From the IMG/VR virus record IMGVR_UViG_2526164632_000023: 17,922 bases of DNA; one strand, given 5' to 3'. A program made the translations under genes and the position numbers. A model generated the notes under the pieces. It did not search any database. It was not told the origin of the DNA and was given only the letters and a program-made list of their open reading frames with translations. Origin of the DNA: a virus. Taxonomy: Duplodnaviria > Heunggongvirae > Uroviricota > Caudoviricetes. Shown in pieces: positions 16,458 to 17,922 of the stretch; the stretch's first letter is position 1; every line of letters starts with the position of its first letter.

Positions 16458-16650
16458 TAACTGGTTGATATTTTCGAAATTCGCCAGCGGCGAACATCGG
16501 GGAAACCAGCCTAACCCGTTGATATTTTCGGGAACAGCCAACGGCTGAGGCCGGATCAACCGACTATCTTTCAGATAGTCACAAACTACGAAATTTTCAC
16601 AGTTTAATTACTCGCCAGCTTAATCGCTAACTCACTGATATTTTCGGAAA
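16458..16650. repeat. Three direct copies of a ~20-bp unit TAAC(N4)TGATATTTTCG(R)(R)AA, with a fourth partial copy at 16767-16779
   Basis: Exact 11-mer TGATATTTTCG at 16466-16476, 16520-16530 and 16636-16646; 15-mer GCCTAACCCGTTGAT at 16509-16523 and 16765-16779; palindrome GACTATCT-TTC-AGATAGTC at 16562-16580. Confidence 0.6.
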
Positions 16651-16790
16651 CCTCGATTTGAGGAGACCGGAACGTCTACATGGCTGCATCACCATAACGA
16701 TGATTTAGCCCACCAGCAACCATAACGATTTCCGTTACAGTTGATGTGCTTTTTTGCTGGTAAGGCCTAACCCGTTGATTCTTCCACAAT

Positions 16791-16848
16791 CCCCCATTGG
16801 GGGAGGCTGGACGGCCTGCTGTGGGCTTTTCCACCATTGGTGGAAAAG
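16791..16848. repeat. Two palindromes centred on CCA-T-TGG (CCCCCATTGGGGG and CTTTTCCACCATTGGTGGAAAAG)
   Basis: Read directly: 6-bp arms at 16791-16803 and 11-bp arms at 16826-16848, each around a single central T. Confidence 0.5.
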
Positions 16849-17385
16849 TGGCGCGACTACAGGGCTGGATCATCAATATGGTGACGCAGCAACAGAGTGA
16901 CCATTAGTCACCTTGTTCTAACTCGCTGTATTCGTTTAATTTCCACCAACTGCGGAAATTGAGAAACTCACCCGCCAGATTCTGAATGGTGAAAATCACC
17001 GGGGATCTGAATAGGCATTTCCTCTATGGAGGTCGCACCGTTTTCGGGAGAAGGTGCGATCATGTTCGTCATACCGGTTCCGTTGAAATGAAATAGCCTT
17101 GTATGGGCATCATCACCATGCAGGGGATCAAAATCTCTGTAGCTTCATGTTGCCGGGACCGCCAGCCTCGCCAAATTTTTGCGTTTGTGAAAAACGAAAA
17201 TTATTACGTGCTTTGCCCTCTCCTGTTTCTGATGTTGTATACTCGCGGCCTTCTAATTGTGCTGGTGCTTTTTTGAGATTGTGGCGCTGTGTATCGATCC
17301 GTATATCATTCGGTGTATCACTTTTGATAAATTGCTACGTGTGAATTTGTTTTTAACTGACAAAAATCAGTGAGTTATGTGAATT

Positions 17386-17922
17386 ATGAAACATATTGTA
17401 GAAGTAATGATCCCCGAAGCGGAGATTAAAGCGCGTATCGCCGAACTGGGTCGTCAGATTACTGAGCGTTACAAAGACAGCGGCAGCGATATGGTGCTGG
17501 TGGGTCTGCTGCGTGGCTCATTTATGTTTATGGCGGACCTGTGCCGTGAAGTTCAGGTATCTCATGAAGTCGACTTTATGACCGCCTCCAGCTACGGTAG
17601 CGGCATGTCCACCACCCGTGATGTGAAAATCCTCAAAGATCTGGATGAAGATATCCGTGGCAAGGACGTGCTGATTGTTGAAGATATCATCGACTCGGGG
17701 AATACACTGTCGAAAGTGCGTGAGATCTTAAGCCTGCGCGAACCGAAGTCGCTGGCGATTTGTACGCTGCTGGATAAACCGTCCCGTCGTGAAGTGAACG
17801 TCCCGGTAGAATTTATCGGTTTCTCGATCCCGGATGAGTTTGTGGTGGGTTACGGCATTGATTACGCACAGCGTTACCGTCATCTGCCGTATATCGGCAA
17901 AGTGATTCTGCTGGACGAGTAA
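17386..17922 (+). CDS. hpt: Hypoxanthine phosphoribosyltransferase (chromosomal core gene)
   Basis: 178-aa product is near-identical to E. coli Hpt as I remember it ([55 protein letters not shown]...); complete, with stop at the window end. Confidence 0.95.
   Translation: MKHIVEVMIPEAEIKARIAELGRQITERYKDSGSDMVLVGLLRGSFMFMADLCREVQVSHEVDFMTASSYGSGMSTTRDVKILKDLDEDIRGKDVLIVEDIIDSGNTLSKVREILSLREPKSLAICTLLDKPSRREVNVPVEFIGFSIPDEFVVGYGIDYAQRYRHLPYIGKVILLDE

Noticed and set aside
16676-16876. 66-aa minus-strand ORF in the right-end repeat block
   Set aside because: Overlaps the palindromes and repeats, has no RBS, and looks non-protein-like.
17099-17344. 81-aa + strand ORF upstream of hpt
   Set aside because: Lies in the hpt promoter region, has no RBS and an implausible His/Cys-rich translation.
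16430-17385. Possible tRNA or tmRNA integration target at the right junction
   Set aside because: Looked for cloverleaf hallmarks (GTTCGAATCC-type T-arm, CCA end) and found none by eye; a proper tRNA scan is still needed.
1-17922. CRISPR array
   Set aside because: No regularly spaced direct repeats of 28-37 bp with unique spacers anywhere; the repeat clusters present are iterons and short operator or arm-type repeats.

Overview
Nearly the whole window is one ~17 kb integrated satellite-type mobile element in an Escherichia-like enterobacterium, ending beside the chromosomal hpt gene (17386-17922). Left to right on the + strand: a P4-type tyrosine integrase (1-1227), an AT-rich orphan gene (1471-2247), an AlpA-family regulator (2385-2669), a convergent minus-strand pair (small basic ORF plus a frameshifted ribbon-helix-helix gene) facing a repeat-rich control region (3191-3301), three small early ORFs, a RepA/AAA-type replication ATPase (4093-5499) followed by an iteron array (5490-5700), SSB, and a ProQ/FinO-domain protein. 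An IS66-family element (7273-9975, 8-bp target duplication GGTTGTTC, transposase frameshifted) separates these from a head-only packaging module: HK97-fold major capsid, prohead protease, portal, head-tail connector, HNH endonuclease, P27-type TerS and TerL (10178-16174). There are no tail, lysis, tRNA or CRISPR features. The architecture matches a capsid-forming phage-inducible chromosomal island (cf-PICI-like satellite). All homology calls come from reading the translations by eye against remembered protein families; no searches or folding programs were run, and gene starts are chosen from RBS and overlap context.
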